DNA of 64,000 nucleotides from Nitrospirota bacterium (GCA_963701855.1 CAVPBK010000009.1:192001-256000); one strand, 5' to 3'. Counted from the first letter of the stretch, positions 29,796 to 40,607 are shown. Program-made: numbers and translations. Notes: a model not told the origin generated them from the letters alone.

Positions 29796-30620
29796 ATGAA
29801 TAAGGCAAAGATCCTCACGTATTGGATTGTGCCAATGCTGATGATGGAACTGATGGGGACTGGCGCAGGGCTCGCTATTGCCGAACCGTACCAGGTGATC
29901 GATGTCACGGACGGCGGCACCATTACTGGAGTGGCGACATGGAAAGGCGAGCTTCCTGAGATCCCGCCAATCCAGGTCGAAGCAGACACAGAAATATGTG
30001 GCGAAGAGGTCCCATCTCAGGCGTTGCTGGTCAATTCGAAAAACAACGGCGTACCGTTCGTTCTTGTCTACCTTGAAGGGGTTGAGAAGGGGAAGGCACC
30101 CGCGGACAAATACTGGCTCCATATGACGAACTGCCAATTCAAGGAGCACATTTTCCCATTTGTCCGAAGCCAAGTGATGGCGATGGTCAACCACGACCCA
30201 TTTTTCCACAACCCACATTTTTTCAACACAAGGAATGCCTCACTCCTGAACGTGCCCATGCCCGACCCAGATTTGGAAATCGACCACAAGTTTCTGCGGA
30301 CCCCCCTGAAGAACGAAAAGGGTGTGATGCGGCTTCAGTGTGATGTCCATAACAACATGAACGCCTATTGGGCTGGATTTAATCATCCATATTTTGCGGT
30401 CACGGACGCGAACGGAAAGTTTGAGATTAGCGGGGTTCCGCCCGGTAAGTACACCGTGGTCGCCTGGCACGAGGGCTATAAGGTTATTATAAAGGAAGCG
30501 ACCGGGAGGCCATTGTACGATAGGCCGCATATTCGCCAACAGGAGATTGAGGTCAAGCCAAAAGAGACGATTAAAGTCGGCTTTGAGTTCCCCGTCCGAA
30601 AGGTCTATATCGATTTTTGA
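29796..30620 (+). CDS. Exported carboxypeptidase-regulatory-like/cupredoxin-like protein
   Basis: RBS AGGAGG; signal peptide; HNPH and CDVHNNM; HPYFAVTD...GVPPGKYTVVAWHE. Confidence 0.8.
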   Translation: MNKAKILTYWIVPMLMMELMGTGAGLAIAEPYQVIDVTDGGTITGVATWKGELPEIPPIQVEADTEICGEEVPSQALLVNSKNNGVPFVLVYLEGVEKGKAPADKYWLHMTNCQFKEHIFPFVRSQVMAMVNHDPFFHNPHFFNTRNASLLNVPMPDPDLEIDHKFLRTPLKNEKGVMRLQCDVHNNMNAYWAGFNHPYFAVTDANGKFEISGVPPGKYTVVAWHEGYKVIIKEATGRPLYDRPHIRQQEIEVKPKETIKVGFEFPVRKVYIDF

Positions 30621-30684
30621 GGAGGAGGTTTAGAAACCTCGAATGGTCGCCGCCTGTGATGACGGCACATCGCACAGGAGGAAC

Positions 30685-32340
30685 ATGATGGGACGAGGGA
30701 AGATGGTTCTACTGGGGGCGTTGGCAGCCTCTCTGCTCACGGCGCTGCCTGTGACCCACGCCTTGGCCAATCCGCCGGAGGCGGACGAAGTGAAAGATGA
30801 ACCGGGCATGGAGTCGCCGGTTTCGCGCGGGATGCCGGATCTTGTACGGTATTGGAACTTCGATCCACCCAAGAGTCCCTTATTTGATATTGGGCGAGTG
30901 ACGATTTCCGGCGACGCACGGATTAGGCCGGAATACCGCAACAATTCGAACTTTGGACTGGCGAGCACAAGTGGTGTTGGCCGTGCCACGGGTGCGAATT
31001 CGCAGGGAGACGCCGCTCAATTTGTCCAACAATGGGCCCGGCTCGGACTCAACTATGCGATGTCGCCTGACGTCGATACCTTCTTTCAGATGCAGTATGC
31101 GGCGAATTGGGGGGCAAACAGCGCGCCTAATACTGCGAACGATCCCAACACGCTCACGAGCGTCGGTGTGCGGCAGGCCTACATCCTGATCCGCAATCTC
31201 GGGGTTGATGGCCTCAACCTGAAGGCAGGCCGGCAGCTCATCGTGATGGGGAACCAACGTTTGTTCGGCAACTTCGATTGGAACAATATCGGGTTCTCCT
31301 TTGACGGTATCACCCTTCAATATTCCCGGAAAATGTACGAAGTCTGGGGCGGCTGGGTGCGTTTAGCCGACGCACAAGCCAACGTCGCTAACTCATCCTG
31401 CGGAACAGGCACCACTGGTTGCGCGGGGGGATCTGGGGCCGTGAACCCCGGCACAGTTGCCGGCGGCACCACCGGGAGTAACAATGCAGACCTCTTCTTT
31501 GTTCGGGTAGCTATCAAGCCCATGGCCAACTTGTCGCTTGAACCTCTCTGGGTATTTCTCGACAACAATGTATCGGTGACAGCGCCGGCAGCCGCCACCA
31601 CCTATTATGGGACGGCAGCGCATGCCCCTGGGCAACAGCGTCATACGCTGGGCGGCCGCGCCGCATTCCGCCAGGGCATGTTCGATGGAACGGCCGAATA
31701 CTATTGGCAGACGGGATCGATGGCCCTTGGTCAGAGCCCGAATCGGCTCCACATCAATGCGCAGGCCCTGGCCGTTGAGGGCGGGGTGACATTTGAGCAA
31801 TTGCCTTGGGAGCCTCGCGTCGGCTTGGAGTTCAACTATGCCTCCGGCGACGGCAACGCGAGTAGATGCAATGGGCAGACCGGGGCCGGTTGCGGCGGCA
31901 ATGCCAACACCTTCGAGAATCTCTATCCAACAAACCATAGTGTTATGGGCTATGCCGATCGGATGGCCTGGAGGAACATGGTCGGCTACAGCACTAGCTT
32001 GCAGCTGAAGCCGAGCATTGCGCAACATTTGGATTTCCGGTTTTGGATCTTCCGCAAGGCCAACAACGGTGATTGTTGGTACACCGCCAACCAGGGCTGC
32101 TTCTCTGCCCCGACCACTGCAATCGCTACCAATATCGCGACCAGCAACTCGTTGTACAAGGAAATTGATGGGGTCTATACCCTGTTTTTCAAGGACAACA
32201 AGGTGGCGTGGCAGACCGGCATATCTTATTTGATCGCCGGCGAGATGCTCGACCAGCTGGCTGCTGGAAATGCCGCTGGAATCGGATCTTCAGCCGTGAA
32301 CTCAGTCTGGGCCTACACGCAGTTGCACGTGAACTTCTAA
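30685..32340 (+). CDS. Alginate export-family outer membrane porin
   Basis: RBS AGGAGG; signal peptide; RQAY...KAGRQ...GNQRLFG...SFDG, YASGD, TFENLYP; C-terminal Phe. Confidence 0.85.
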   Translation: MMGRGKMVLLGALAASLLTALPVTHALANPPEADEVKDEPGMESPVSRGMPDLVRYWNFDPPKSPLFDIGRVTISGDARIRPEYRNNSNFGLASTSGVGRATGANSQGDAAQFVQQWARLGLNYAMSPDVDTFFQMQYAANWGANSAPNTANDPNTLTSVGVRQAYILIRNLGVDGLNLKAGRQLIVMGNQRLFGNFDWNNIGFSFDGITLQYSRKMYEVWGGWVRLADAQANVANSSCGTGTTGCAGGSGAVNPGTVAGGTTGSNNADLFFVRVAIKPMANLSLEPLWVFLDNNVSVTAPAAATTYYGTAAHAPGQQRHTLGGRAAFRQGMFDGTAEYYWQTGSMALGQSPNRLHINAQALAVEGGVTFEQLPWEPRVGLEFNYASGDGNASRCNGQTGAGCGGNANTFENLYPTNHSVMGYADRMAWRNMVGYSTSLQLKPSIAQHLDFRFWIFRKANNGDCWYTANQGCFSAPTTAIATNIATSNSLYKEIDGVYTLFFKDNKVAWQTGISYLIAGEMLDQLAAGNAAGIGSSAVNSVWAYTQLHVNF

Positions 32341-32439
32341 TAACAGTTCATGGAGCGCGGTCGAGTCTACGAACTGTTCAGTATCGTCTGGAGCAGCCTG
32401 TAGATTTGCCCTCGCTGGCGAAGCAGACCGAGAAAATGG

Positions 32440-34266
32440 TCATGGAGCGCGTTGTGGCTGGTTCACGCGGCTCAGTGGAATGGACTGGACTGCCAGATCG
32501 GGAGGGAGCGTCGGAGCCGTGACGGCGATGGACCTGAGTGAGCGGAGCCATTCGCCAACGGTGACGGTGCCATTGTCGTCACGGTCTGCCTTGCCGGTTA
32601 ATCCGCTCAGAAGACTCAGGCGAGCCTGCGGCAAGGGGCTGCGCCTAGAGGCTTGAATGATCGTTCCAGTCTCGTTGGACGATTCATCAAGATTGCCGAT
32701 CCAATTGGGAGTGGCGCCTCGGCCTGTGCCGTTCTTCGCCGGTGTGCCCACAGCCACCGGCGCCTCGATGATGACGACCACGAGCCTGGCCCCCAGCTTC
32801 AGCAGGCGGGTTTGGAGCAACCGGAGGGAGATTAACCGGAACTGCGACGATTGCAGGGTGCTGTCGTAGGGCATCAGAAATATTTCACCGGTCTTGGCGT
32901 TGGCACGTGCGTGTCCGGCGAAGTAGAAGAAGACGATCGAGTCTTTTGTGACCCGCTTGGGGAGCCAGAGGGCGAGGGCTGCTTCGACGTCGGTCTGGGT
33001 CGCTAGCTCATCTTGGAGCAGCAAGGTATGTCCTTCAGGCACATCGAGAGAATCGACAAACAAGGACACGGTATCCTTGACGTCGAACGAAAGTCCGTCC
33101 CGCCAGCCCGGCCAAAGGGTTTGGTACTGGCCCAGTCCGACAATGACAGCATAGCGATCTGAATTGTGTCCGTCTCCGGCGATGGGCGAGACTGGCCGTA
33201 GGGCGGACGATGGGGCAGGCGCAGCCGGCCCGCCGCGAGAGGCCATAGCGGCTACGAGAGTTTGTGTCGCCGGTGCGCTGCCTGTCACGCTAGATGGCAT
33301 GACAGTCACGGTGAGTTCGCCACGCGATCCTCCAGCGGTGGCTGGCATTGTCCCCCATAGGATGGTGCTCTTCGTTTCCCCTGGTTGGAGATTGACAATC
33401 TGTACCGGCCCCGACAGCGCACCTGCAAAGGCATCGATGAGCGCGGGTGTTCCTGAAAGGGTGATGGCCGTTGTGCCCAGCGTGGCCTTGCCGGTATTCG
33501 TCACATCGATCCTGACGCCGATTCTCTCACCGCCTTCCAGCACAAGATTGCTGTTGGCATCTAGCAAAGTTGCCTTGAGGGCCAGCAGGCCTAGTCCGAC
33601 GCCGAGATTCTGCCGGCCCGATGTGCTCTCCCCTTGCGTTTTCTCACGCAACTGCATCAGGTACCCCATGAGTTGGCTGGCGAGATGATCGACTGCGGTT
33701 TGCATGGCGGCATCCAACTGCCCAGCTTCGCATTGGTTGTCGCTGCCACCCATTTGTGGTGTGTACAGCGATACGCGACTTGAATAGACCATCGGCGCGT
33801 CCGGGAATTGGTAGCCTTGGGCATCCTGGAAAGTCGCCACGAGGCGGACATCGAATTGGGCGAGATAGTTATTGTCTGCCCCGTGCCGTGACGTTGGTCT
33901 GAAGGAGGCACTCGCCAGCGTGATGAAGGCCGTGAACTCTGATGCGGGGGCCGTGGCCGGTTGTGCCGCTCCTGACAGGTCTCCGACCGTCAGGTGAGTC
34001 AGGCGAGCTCGCCCGGTTTCGGTGAAGGATTGAACGATCGCATCGCCCAGACGGCCTTTCCACAGCCTGTCAGCACAGACCGTCTGTTCTAAGATGGCGG
34101 AGCGGACAGACTCATCGAAGACCAGTTTAACCGACAGCGGGATGACCGGCTCCCGTTCGACGGGAGGGCTGAAGCGCGGTGCCTGCAGGTGGTTGCAGGC
34201 ACCCATCAGCATGAGTGCCGTTGCCAATACGAGGATCGACATGGCCGATACGACACGCGTAGACAT
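32440..34266 (-). CDS. Lipoprotein with C-terminal caspase-like (peptidase C14) domain, probably inactive
   Basis: Lipobox MGAC; RYAVIVGLGQY, FFYFAGHA, FLMPYD, DRDDNGTVTVGE; IIEAP in place of the D-x-C motif. Confidence 0.75.
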   Translation of the reverse strand: MSTRVVSAMSILVLATALMLMGACNHLQAPRFSPPVEREPVIPLSVKLVFDESVRSAILEQTVCADRLWKGRLGDAIVQSFTETGRARLTHLTVGDLSGAAQPATAPASEFTAFITLASASFRPTSRHGADNNYLAQFDVRLVATFQDAQGYQFPDAPMVYSSRVSLYTPQMGGSDNQCEAGQLDAAMQTAVDHLASQLMGYLMQLREKTQGESTSGRQNLGVGLGLLALKATLLDANSNLVLEGGERIGVRIDVTNTGKATLGTTAITLSGTPALIDAFAGALSGPVQIVNLQPGETKSTILWGTMPATAGGSRGELTVTVMPSSVTGSAPATQTLVAAMASRGGPAAPAPSSALRPVSPIAGDGHNSDRYAVIVGLGQYQTLWPGWRDGLSFDVKDTVSLFVDSLDVPEGHTLLLQDELATQTDVEAALALWLPKRVTKDSIVFFYFAGHARANAKTGEIFLMPYDSTLQSSQFRLISLRLLQTRLLKLGARLVVVIIEAPVAVGTPAKNGTGRGATPNWIGNLDESSNETGTIIQASRRSPLPQARLSLLSGLTGKADRDDNGTVTVGEWLRSLRSIAVTAPTLPPDLAVQSIPLSRVNQPQRAP

Positions 34267-34794
34267 GGGCGTTACGGTACCCGACGCACTACATTGGATG
34301 CAATGAGGATGGTGCCCCTGAATTGAGCCCGCTACGAATCGCCCCCTCTCAGAAGGCATCCAGACACACTCGCTCATGACTTTGTGGAAAGGGCTTCGGC
34401 TGTCCTCTGCGACAATGGGTCTTGAGTAAATTCAGTGGGTTTCTTGTGTCCAGCTGACTAAGTCATCTGTCCACAATTTAAGCGGGACATAACAATTCTC
34501 GGTGCCGGCGGTAGCGCAAACATTGCTCATGGTCATACCCTACCCACTGATCACCCTTTTAATTTTGACGTGGCCGGGTGTGGTCATCCCGTCTGTCCGC
34601 CGTGCGATAAGTAGGCCGCATACTTTACCTGCTCTCTGATGTGGACATCAGTCACCCACGAAGGAGGCACGCATTCTACCTGAACGCGATTTTCTGCTCG
34701 TGTGCCGTCATGCGGGAGCATATTGTCCGCAGTGTCTCAAGTTGCTCTTCACGGAGCCACAAGCCCAACTCCTCAAGATTCATGTGACGATCAC

Positions 34795-35061
34795 ATGAAA
34801 CAGGTCGGATGGGAGATCCAACCACTTGGGTGGCTCTTCTTGATCGTGATCGTGGCAACCCTCTGCTACGTCGTTGTCAGCTGGGTTCGCCGCTTACCAC
34901 GCGCTCCGGAACAAGAAACCTCGCCAGGATTCTTTCCTTTACCCTTTCCTTCTGTCCTCGATGCTCTTCGGTTTTTGTTCAATCACCGCATAGCCGAATC
35001 GCCCAACGTCTTTCGTATCCTGTCTACCCAGGTTGATCCATACTTTGGTGTGATCAGATGA
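34795..35061 (+). CDS. Small membrane hypothetical protein
   Basis: One strong hydrophobic segment, WLFLIVIVATLCYVVV. Confidence 0.35.
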   Translation: MKQVGWEIQPLGWLFLIVIVATLCYVVVSWVRRLPRAPEQETSPGFFPLPFPSVLDALRFLFNHRIAESPNVFRILSTQVDPYFGVIR

Positions 35062-35524
35062 TGCGGATATCGTCTTATCGAGCGCCTAAGGGGACACGCT
35101 ACTTACTCGCGTTACGCAGCTTTACTCAGGTGAGTTTTGGTGCTAGCTTACGCGCCTGGAGGAACGACACATAGATTTCGAGTTTGGAGAGGGGTTGAGG
35201 TGGCCGGTTCAAAAGTTTCTTTCGGTGGGTGACATGCAAGGCCTTGAAGTCCTACATCTCTAAGGAACGATACAGCGTAGTTCAAAAACTAATGAAAATG
35301 GAACTGAGAAGAGCGTCCGCACCTTTACGTGATTCATCATGGGAGGGACTGTCGTGGATCTCAAAGGTCTGATTCCTGGAGAGTTAGGGGAAGGCCTGAC
35401 GGAGACAGAATTAGCGACTGCAGCGCGCACCTCCGTCATTCTCGACAGTCTGCATGTTTCACCAACGGTGAGTGCGAATTTAACTACGCATCTATCTCAC
35501 AAAGGAGTGAGCCTCCTGAATGTT

Positions 35525-36091
35525 ATGCGCCTTTCACCGCTCACCACACTGACCCTGTGTGCAGTGCTGTCCGCGTGTGCTGCGAACACGCCTTTTCCAC
35601 CAGAAGTCATGGAAAAGGTCTCTCCGACCTTTCATTTTGAAGCGTGGCGTGACGCCGGCCCTACGAATGAGTCAGGGAAATCTGACGCAGGGATCAAAGT
35701 CCAGCTGGGAGGCCGGATCGTCCACACTACCGAGAACGGCAAGGGCATCGTGATTGTCGCGGCGCAACTTCCCATCCTGAACTATCCTGTCTATGGACCC
35801 ACGGAAACGGAAGAAGTTACGAGAACCGGTGACTATGAATTCGCCTTTCTCTTTACAGGAGAGATTGAACCGCTGGATCTGATGAGGGGGAATCGGTTCA
35901 TCGTTGTGGGCACGACCACGAGCAGACGGCCGGTCCTGGTGAACGGCAGACCAAAAACCGAGCCCTTCTTAATCGCGGACTGCATCCATGTGTGGCAGAC
36001 AGCCGGGGCCGAAATCGCCGAATTTAAAGAAGGAGTCGGGGGAGGCTTTTCACCCCTTCCGGAAACGACATACTGCGTCGCTAAGAAGTAG
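35525..36091 (+). CDS. Slp-family outer membrane lipoprotein
   Basis: Lipobox LSAC; VQLGGRIV, GNRFIVVG, CIHVW; ATG 35525 preferred over ORF-track 35339. Confidence 0.8.
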   Translation: MRLSPLTTLTLCAVLSACAANTPFPPEVMEKVSPTFHFEAWRDAGPTNESGKSDAGIKVQLGGRIVHTTENGKGIVIVAAQLPILNYPVYGPTETEEVTRTGDYEFAFLFTGEIEPLDLMRGNRFIVVGTTTSRRPVLVNGRPKTEPFLIADCIHVWQTAGAEIAEFKEGVGGGFSPLPETTYCVAKK

Positions 36092-36247
36092 CGGGATTGG
36101 GAACAAGCTATTCGCTCAGATCACTGCTGAGGAGTGGGTGACCAGAATCCAAGTCAATGTGCCTTCGGAAGGCCGGCATCTAGTACGACGCGTTCGCCTG
36201 TGTTACTGATCTAATTGAAACCAGCCCTCAAGATCGCACCAGGTTTT

Positions 36248-36535
36248 TCAGCGTGACATCCACATTACAGAAAAGTGCGATCTTTCCCTCACCCTTGTTG
36301 AGTTTGGCAAGGTCGGAGGCAAACTTGTCGTGAATCCCCTTGTCAGGGTGACAAAGGCACCACCGGCAAGCTCACCCTCGCGGAATTTGATATCTTTCCC
36401 ACCGCCGGCACCACCGCGTGGCGCAATAGGTTCAACGTCGGAAAATCCAAGAGCATTGAGCACATCTGCCGCGAGACGTTCGAATTCGTGTCGGTTGTCG
36501 AAATCCTGGATGGCTCGATGGGTAGCGCTATGCAT
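36248..36535 (-). pseudogene. Truncated restriction endonuclease-like (Mrr_cat/PD-(D/E)xK) N-terminal fragment
   Basis: EFERLAADVLNALGFSDVE...GGAGGGKDIK resembles the FE...G.DGG.D start of Mrr-type domains; sequence degenerates afterwards. Confidence 0.5.
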
Positions 36536-36886
36536 TTGGGCCTTACATGTGAAGTCTGCTGCGGTCTACCCCGTCCGTCGTATCACCGGGGGAAGTTTAT
36601 CTGCACATCCAATACTCATTCAAAATTTCTCCCTGGCACGACGCCCCCGATACTGCGAGTCCTGCATAGGCTACAGTATTCTTTGAAGCTCATCCGGTCA
36701 AAAACCCTTACTGTAAGGGAGAAATAACACACTGATTTCCCAATCCCACAAGCTCACCGCTTAGGTGATCCAAACACAACTGATTTTTTCCTCATCAAAC
36801 GACCAAACGAAACCTATGGGAACGGTTCTCTTGCTCGCCCCCACACGCAGCGTCGATGAAAGTCGCTCATCTTCAGTTGGCCATTC

Positions 36887-37483
36887 CTATTCGGGGAGCA
36901 CAATGGTTATCAGCATCCCACCCATCACGTCTCCTGCCTTGAAATCCCTCTTTGGGCTTTTCGGGTGCACATTGTGGCAATCGGCGCAGTGTTGAGATGC
37001 GGCTTTATCGGCATAGAGTGCTTGGAAGATGCGCGCCTTGCCCTCGGTTGTCACGGCGGTATAGGGACGATCGGGATTCGCGAGGACCTTCAGCAGCCCG
37101 GTCTGCTCGAACTCTGTCGTTGGGCGATGCTCTTTATTGATCGCCCAACTGCTGATCAGGCGGAATCGAATCGCTTTTCCCTGTTTAGCCATGAGTCGCC
37201 CCGATTCCTGTAAAAATTGGGCGGGTAACGGGATCCCTCCGTCCGCTCTCCAGTGTTCCGAGGCAGAGACCATACCTTTCTCCTGCATCCGATCTACAAT
37301 CGCGGTCTGGTAAAACGTTCGATCCGCCTGGACCACACTATGCACATACTCGGCCACGATTTCGGGGGATATGCCCTTGGGTGAATCTGCCTCCTTGCTC
37401 GCGGCAGCGTACGCCCACTGACCGAGTAGGCAAGTGACGGTGGTGCCAACAGCGAGTCCCAACCAAAGACCTTTCATCATCAC
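36887..37483 (-). CDS. DUF3365 (Tll0287-like) monoheme cytochrome c
   Basis: Signal peptide; PLPAQF; CADCH; FKAGDVMGG. Confidence 0.88.
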   Translation of the reverse strand: MMMKGLWLGLAVGTTVTCLLGQWAYAAASKEADSPKGISPEIVAEYVHSVVQADRTFYQTAIVDRMQEKGMVSASEHWRADGGIPLPAQFLQESGRLMAKQGKAIRFRLISSWAINKEHRPTTEFEQTGLLKVLANPDRPYTAVTTEGKARIFQALYADKAASQHCADCHNVHPKSPKRDFKAGDVMGGMLITIVLPE

Positions 37484-37507
37484 GATGCGACCTCCATTTC
37501 TTTTCTA

Positions 37508-37897
37508 CTATGTGGCTTGATGCGCTCGTTGCCTCCAAAAGCCGCGCGCGCAAACCAATGTTTTTGAAAGAACGTCTATACCGACCTTACGGAGGAACCT
37601 CATGGTCCTACACGTGTTCCTCACAAGGGAGCGTAAACACCTTGAAGGGAATCGGTTGCCCCTGGACTGTGTGAACCGCCGGAGCGCGCCGACTGCCCTA
37701 TCGGCGTGATCGGATGGGAGAACCGAAAAAATGATGGAATTGATGTCAGGCTTGAGGAAGGCCCCATCCACTCTGCCAGTGAGACCCGTACTTTTTACGT
37801 CGCTGATGATGCGGTACGCACTCATGCCATTCTCTCGCAAGAGCGCTTCCACCTCACGTAACATTGAGTCCCGATCCACAGTGCGTAGCATTTTCAT
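37508..37897 (-). pseudogene. P-II-like protein, C-terminus apparently frameshifted
   Basis: MKML...GMSAYRIISDVKSTGLTG...INSIIFSVL, then run-on non-homologous tail. Confidence 0.55.
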
Positions 37898-37928
37898 ATG
37901 CGAACCATGCCTCCTTCTCATTCATTTG

Positions 37929-37979
37929 TTTTTGGAACAGGCGGAAGGATACGTTAAAGTCCTAGAAAAATCGACTTCT
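37929..37979 (-). repeat. 51-bp leader element, copy A (copy B at 40557-40607, opposite strand)
   Basis: 46/51 identical by manual alignment. Confidence 0.85.
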
Positions 37980-38128
37980 TGGATCTTGAGTTGAAGAGAG
38001 GGTTTCGAACACTGTGGGCAGATAGGGTTCGAACGAAATATAAGTTGTGGTCGTAAAACGGTCGTATAGCAAAGCTTCTCTTCGCTAACTCTGTCTCACT
38101 CCGTATCACCCAGGAATGGCTCCTGGGT

Positions 38129-38812
38129 CTACCCCGATATCACTGACGGCTGAGTTAAGAGTCGCTTCTGCTGTTGTTGCATTTCGAGCCTCCGGCGCTG
38201 GCGTAGATTATGGCACCGTTCAATGGAGACAAAGATATCGGACCTGGCTTCGGCTCGTGTCCGATACTGCTGTCGATTCACGCGTTCACGTATAAGGACT
38301 CCGAAGAAGCTCTCGGCGGCGTTGTCGGCACAGCTGCCCACGGCACTCATGCTGCCGATCACCTGGTGCGCTTCGAGAAACCGTTGATATTCCTCAGAGG
38401 TAAATTGGCATCCCCGATCCGAGTGCAGAATGACTGGGATGCGAGCCGACCGCTGCCACAACGCCATAAGCACGGCTTGGACCACCAGCTGACGGTCCTG
38501 ATACGAACTCATTGACCACCCCACCACCAGCCCCGACTATAAGTCGAGCACGACACAGAGGTGCGCCAGTGTTCGGCCGTGCGAATGAGGTGATATCCGT
38601 CACCCACGTGGTATTGGGTGTGGTTGCGGTGAAGTCCCGCTCCAGATGATTGCGGGTCCCATGCGGTCGGACCCCGGAGAGTTTCTTCCGCCACCGCCGT
38701 GGGGACCTTGAGGCTCTTTTTATTGTCGCGCGTGAAGCCAAGGAGTGGATGACCGCTCACGCATTGAAGCATTGAGTGACCTCACTGGGAAGCCTCCGGA
38801 TCTCCGGGGGCT
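38129..38812 (-). mobile_element. Degenerate IS3-family element (integrase core fragments)
   Basis: NHLERDFTA...WVTDIT; VGWSMS...ILHSDRGCQF...GSCADNAAESFF; several frameshifts and an internal deletion. Confidence 0.9.
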
Positions 38813-38901
38813 TTCCTTACAAGTGAGCAAATGTATAGGGACATGTGTGTATCTTGCCTTGATAGGCGCTGAGTCTGTGCCTCGCGCATCGGGGCATAAT
38901 T

Positions 38902-40413
38902 CTATTTGGTTCCGCTCTTGATCTTCTCGACGGCTTCCTTCTTGGAAGCCTGGCCCTCCAGAACCAGGCGGTAGGCAATGTAGTACTTGTAGATGTTGCT
39001 GACGTAAGTCACCGTTTCCTGACCGATCTTCTCGGCCACTACATACTCCACGTTCTGAAACCAGACGTTGGGATCGAGTCCGCGCTTGGCGGCTTCCTTG
39101 CGTAGTTGCGAAATCCTGCCTGCGCCGGCATTGTAGGACGCGAATGCGAACAGGGCCTTGTCCAGGTCAGTCATGGGCTCCTGACCGTAGTAGTGGTCGA
39201 TCATCCAACGCATGTATTTGATGCCGGCGTGGATGTTCGCCTCGGTCTCCGTGATGTCGCCCACCTTCATATCCTTTCCAGTTGCTGGCATCACCTGCAT
39301 GACTCCGATCGCGCCCACCGAGCTTTTGGCATTCTGGTTGAGCTGCGATTCCTGGTAGCCCTGCGCGCCCATCAGCACCCAGTCCACATCGTACTGGTCG
39401 CCGTATTTCCGGAAATACTCGATGAGGGAGAGGAATTTCTTGCGCTCCTCCTCGGAGGCCGCATTCTTCACGTATTTGACGTTCTTCAGATAGCGTGTTA
39501 GGAGTTGGTTGCCGGTCGAGGTCCCGACCTTGTGGCGCGTGGCGAAATCGTCCAGTATCGCCTTGAGCTGCGGACTGTCTTTGCGAATCGCCCATGCCTT
39601 CTCGCCGCCGGTACGGACCGCGATGTTGTCGTGCACAGTGAGCCGCGGAAAGATCTGCTTCCAAAAGTCCGCCAGGTATTTGTCAACGATGACCAGCGAA
39701 ACCAGGCCGGAGTTGAGCATCTCGAGCAGATCCTCGTCCTCCAGCGTCTCGGGGACTTCCTTGAGTATCACCGGTGGTTTCTTTTCGGTCGCAAACTTCT
39801 CGTTGAGCGCCACGAGGCTCTCGTAATAGCTCGACGATTTGCGCACGAAGACGTCCTTGCCGGAGAGATCGTCCAGGTTGGCAACGTTCGGTGACGCAGG
39901 CCCGGACACCACGACCTCGCTCACGTTGCTCAGAGCGGCCCCGCTGAAGTCCACCAGTTTTTGGCGCTCCGGCGTGATCGTGAGACCGGCGGCGGCGATG
40001 TCGCCTTTGCCGGCGGCAAGCCACGGCAGCAGTTGATTCCGCTGGACCGGAATGAATACTGCCCGCACTTTCAGGTTCTTGTTTTTGAGATTCTTATCGG
40101 CGGCGAGTTTCTTGTTGAGCTCATCCGCGAACAGGCGGACGTACTCAACGGCGGTGCCGCGCAGGACGCCCTTATCGAGAAAATGGATGGTCTTGCTGTT
40201 GACGGTCAGTATACGAATGACCCGCCGCTCGATCATCCCGTCCAGATCACCGATCCACGGTTTTCCCACCTTCGCGAGATCGATGGTGAGAGTCTCGCGA
40301 GCTGCCTTCTGTGGCGCCGGCTCTTGGGCGAGCGCTGCAGTCCCGGCCAGAAAATAACAGCAGGTTAGGCCAAGCACGCCGGCCATGAGGTTTGGCATGC
40401 GTGTGGTTTTCAT
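38902..40413 (-). CDS. MltF-like lytic transglycosylase (solute-binding domain + SLT)
   Basis: GKGDIAAAGLTIT, VRKSSSY; GYQESQL, GAIGVMQ, ASYNAG, ETVTYVSNI. Confidence 0.9.
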   Translation of the reverse strand: MKTTRMPNLMAGVLGLTCCYFLAGTAALAQEPAPQKAARETLTIDLAKVGKPWIGDLDGMIERRVIRILTVNSKTIHFLDKGVLRGTAVEYVRLFADELNKKLAADKNLKNKNLKVRAVFIPVQRNQLLPWLAAGKGDIAAAGLTITPERQKLVDFSGAALSNVSEVVVSGPASPNVANLDDLSGKDVFVRKSSSYYESLVALNEKFATEKKPPVILKEVPETLEDEDLLEMLNSGLVSLVIVDKYLADFWKQIFPRLTVHDNIAVRTGGEKAWAIRKDSPQLKAILDDFATRHKVGTSTGNQLLTRYLKNVKYVKNAASEEERKKFLSLIEYFRKYGDQYDVDWVLMGAQGYQESQLNQNAKSSVGAIGVMQVMPATGKDMKVGDITETEANIHAGIKYMRWMIDHYYGQEPMTDLDKALFAFASYNAGAGRISQLRKEAAKRGLDPNVWFQNVEYVVAEKIGQETVTYVSNIYKYYIAYRLVLEGQASKKEAVEKIKSGTK

Positions 40414-40556
40414 AATCGTGTCCCTTTGCGTTTGAGTGGCCCGCTCAGTTCTTGCTCTGCACGCGGCGAGTCTAAACTCCTGCCCACACTCGGGTCAATT
40501 CATCGGCAGACTTAGTGGCCGTCTTAGCGGGATGGAGATGGGTGCATTTACCGCGG

Positions 40557-40607
40557 AGAAGTCGATTTTCCTACGGCTTTGATGTATCCTTCCGCCTGTT
40601 CCAAAAA
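40557..40607 (+). repeat. 51-bp leader element, copy B
   Basis: Reverse-complement homolog of 37929-37979. Confidence 0.85.

Noticed and set aside
32348..32451. 12-bp direct repeat TCATGGAGCGCG between convergent genes
   Set aside because: Too short, with no element features between the copies
38787..38817. Hairpin as terminator of the MltF-like gene
   Set aside because: Imperfect stem with no U-tract, and it coincides with the IS3 remnant end
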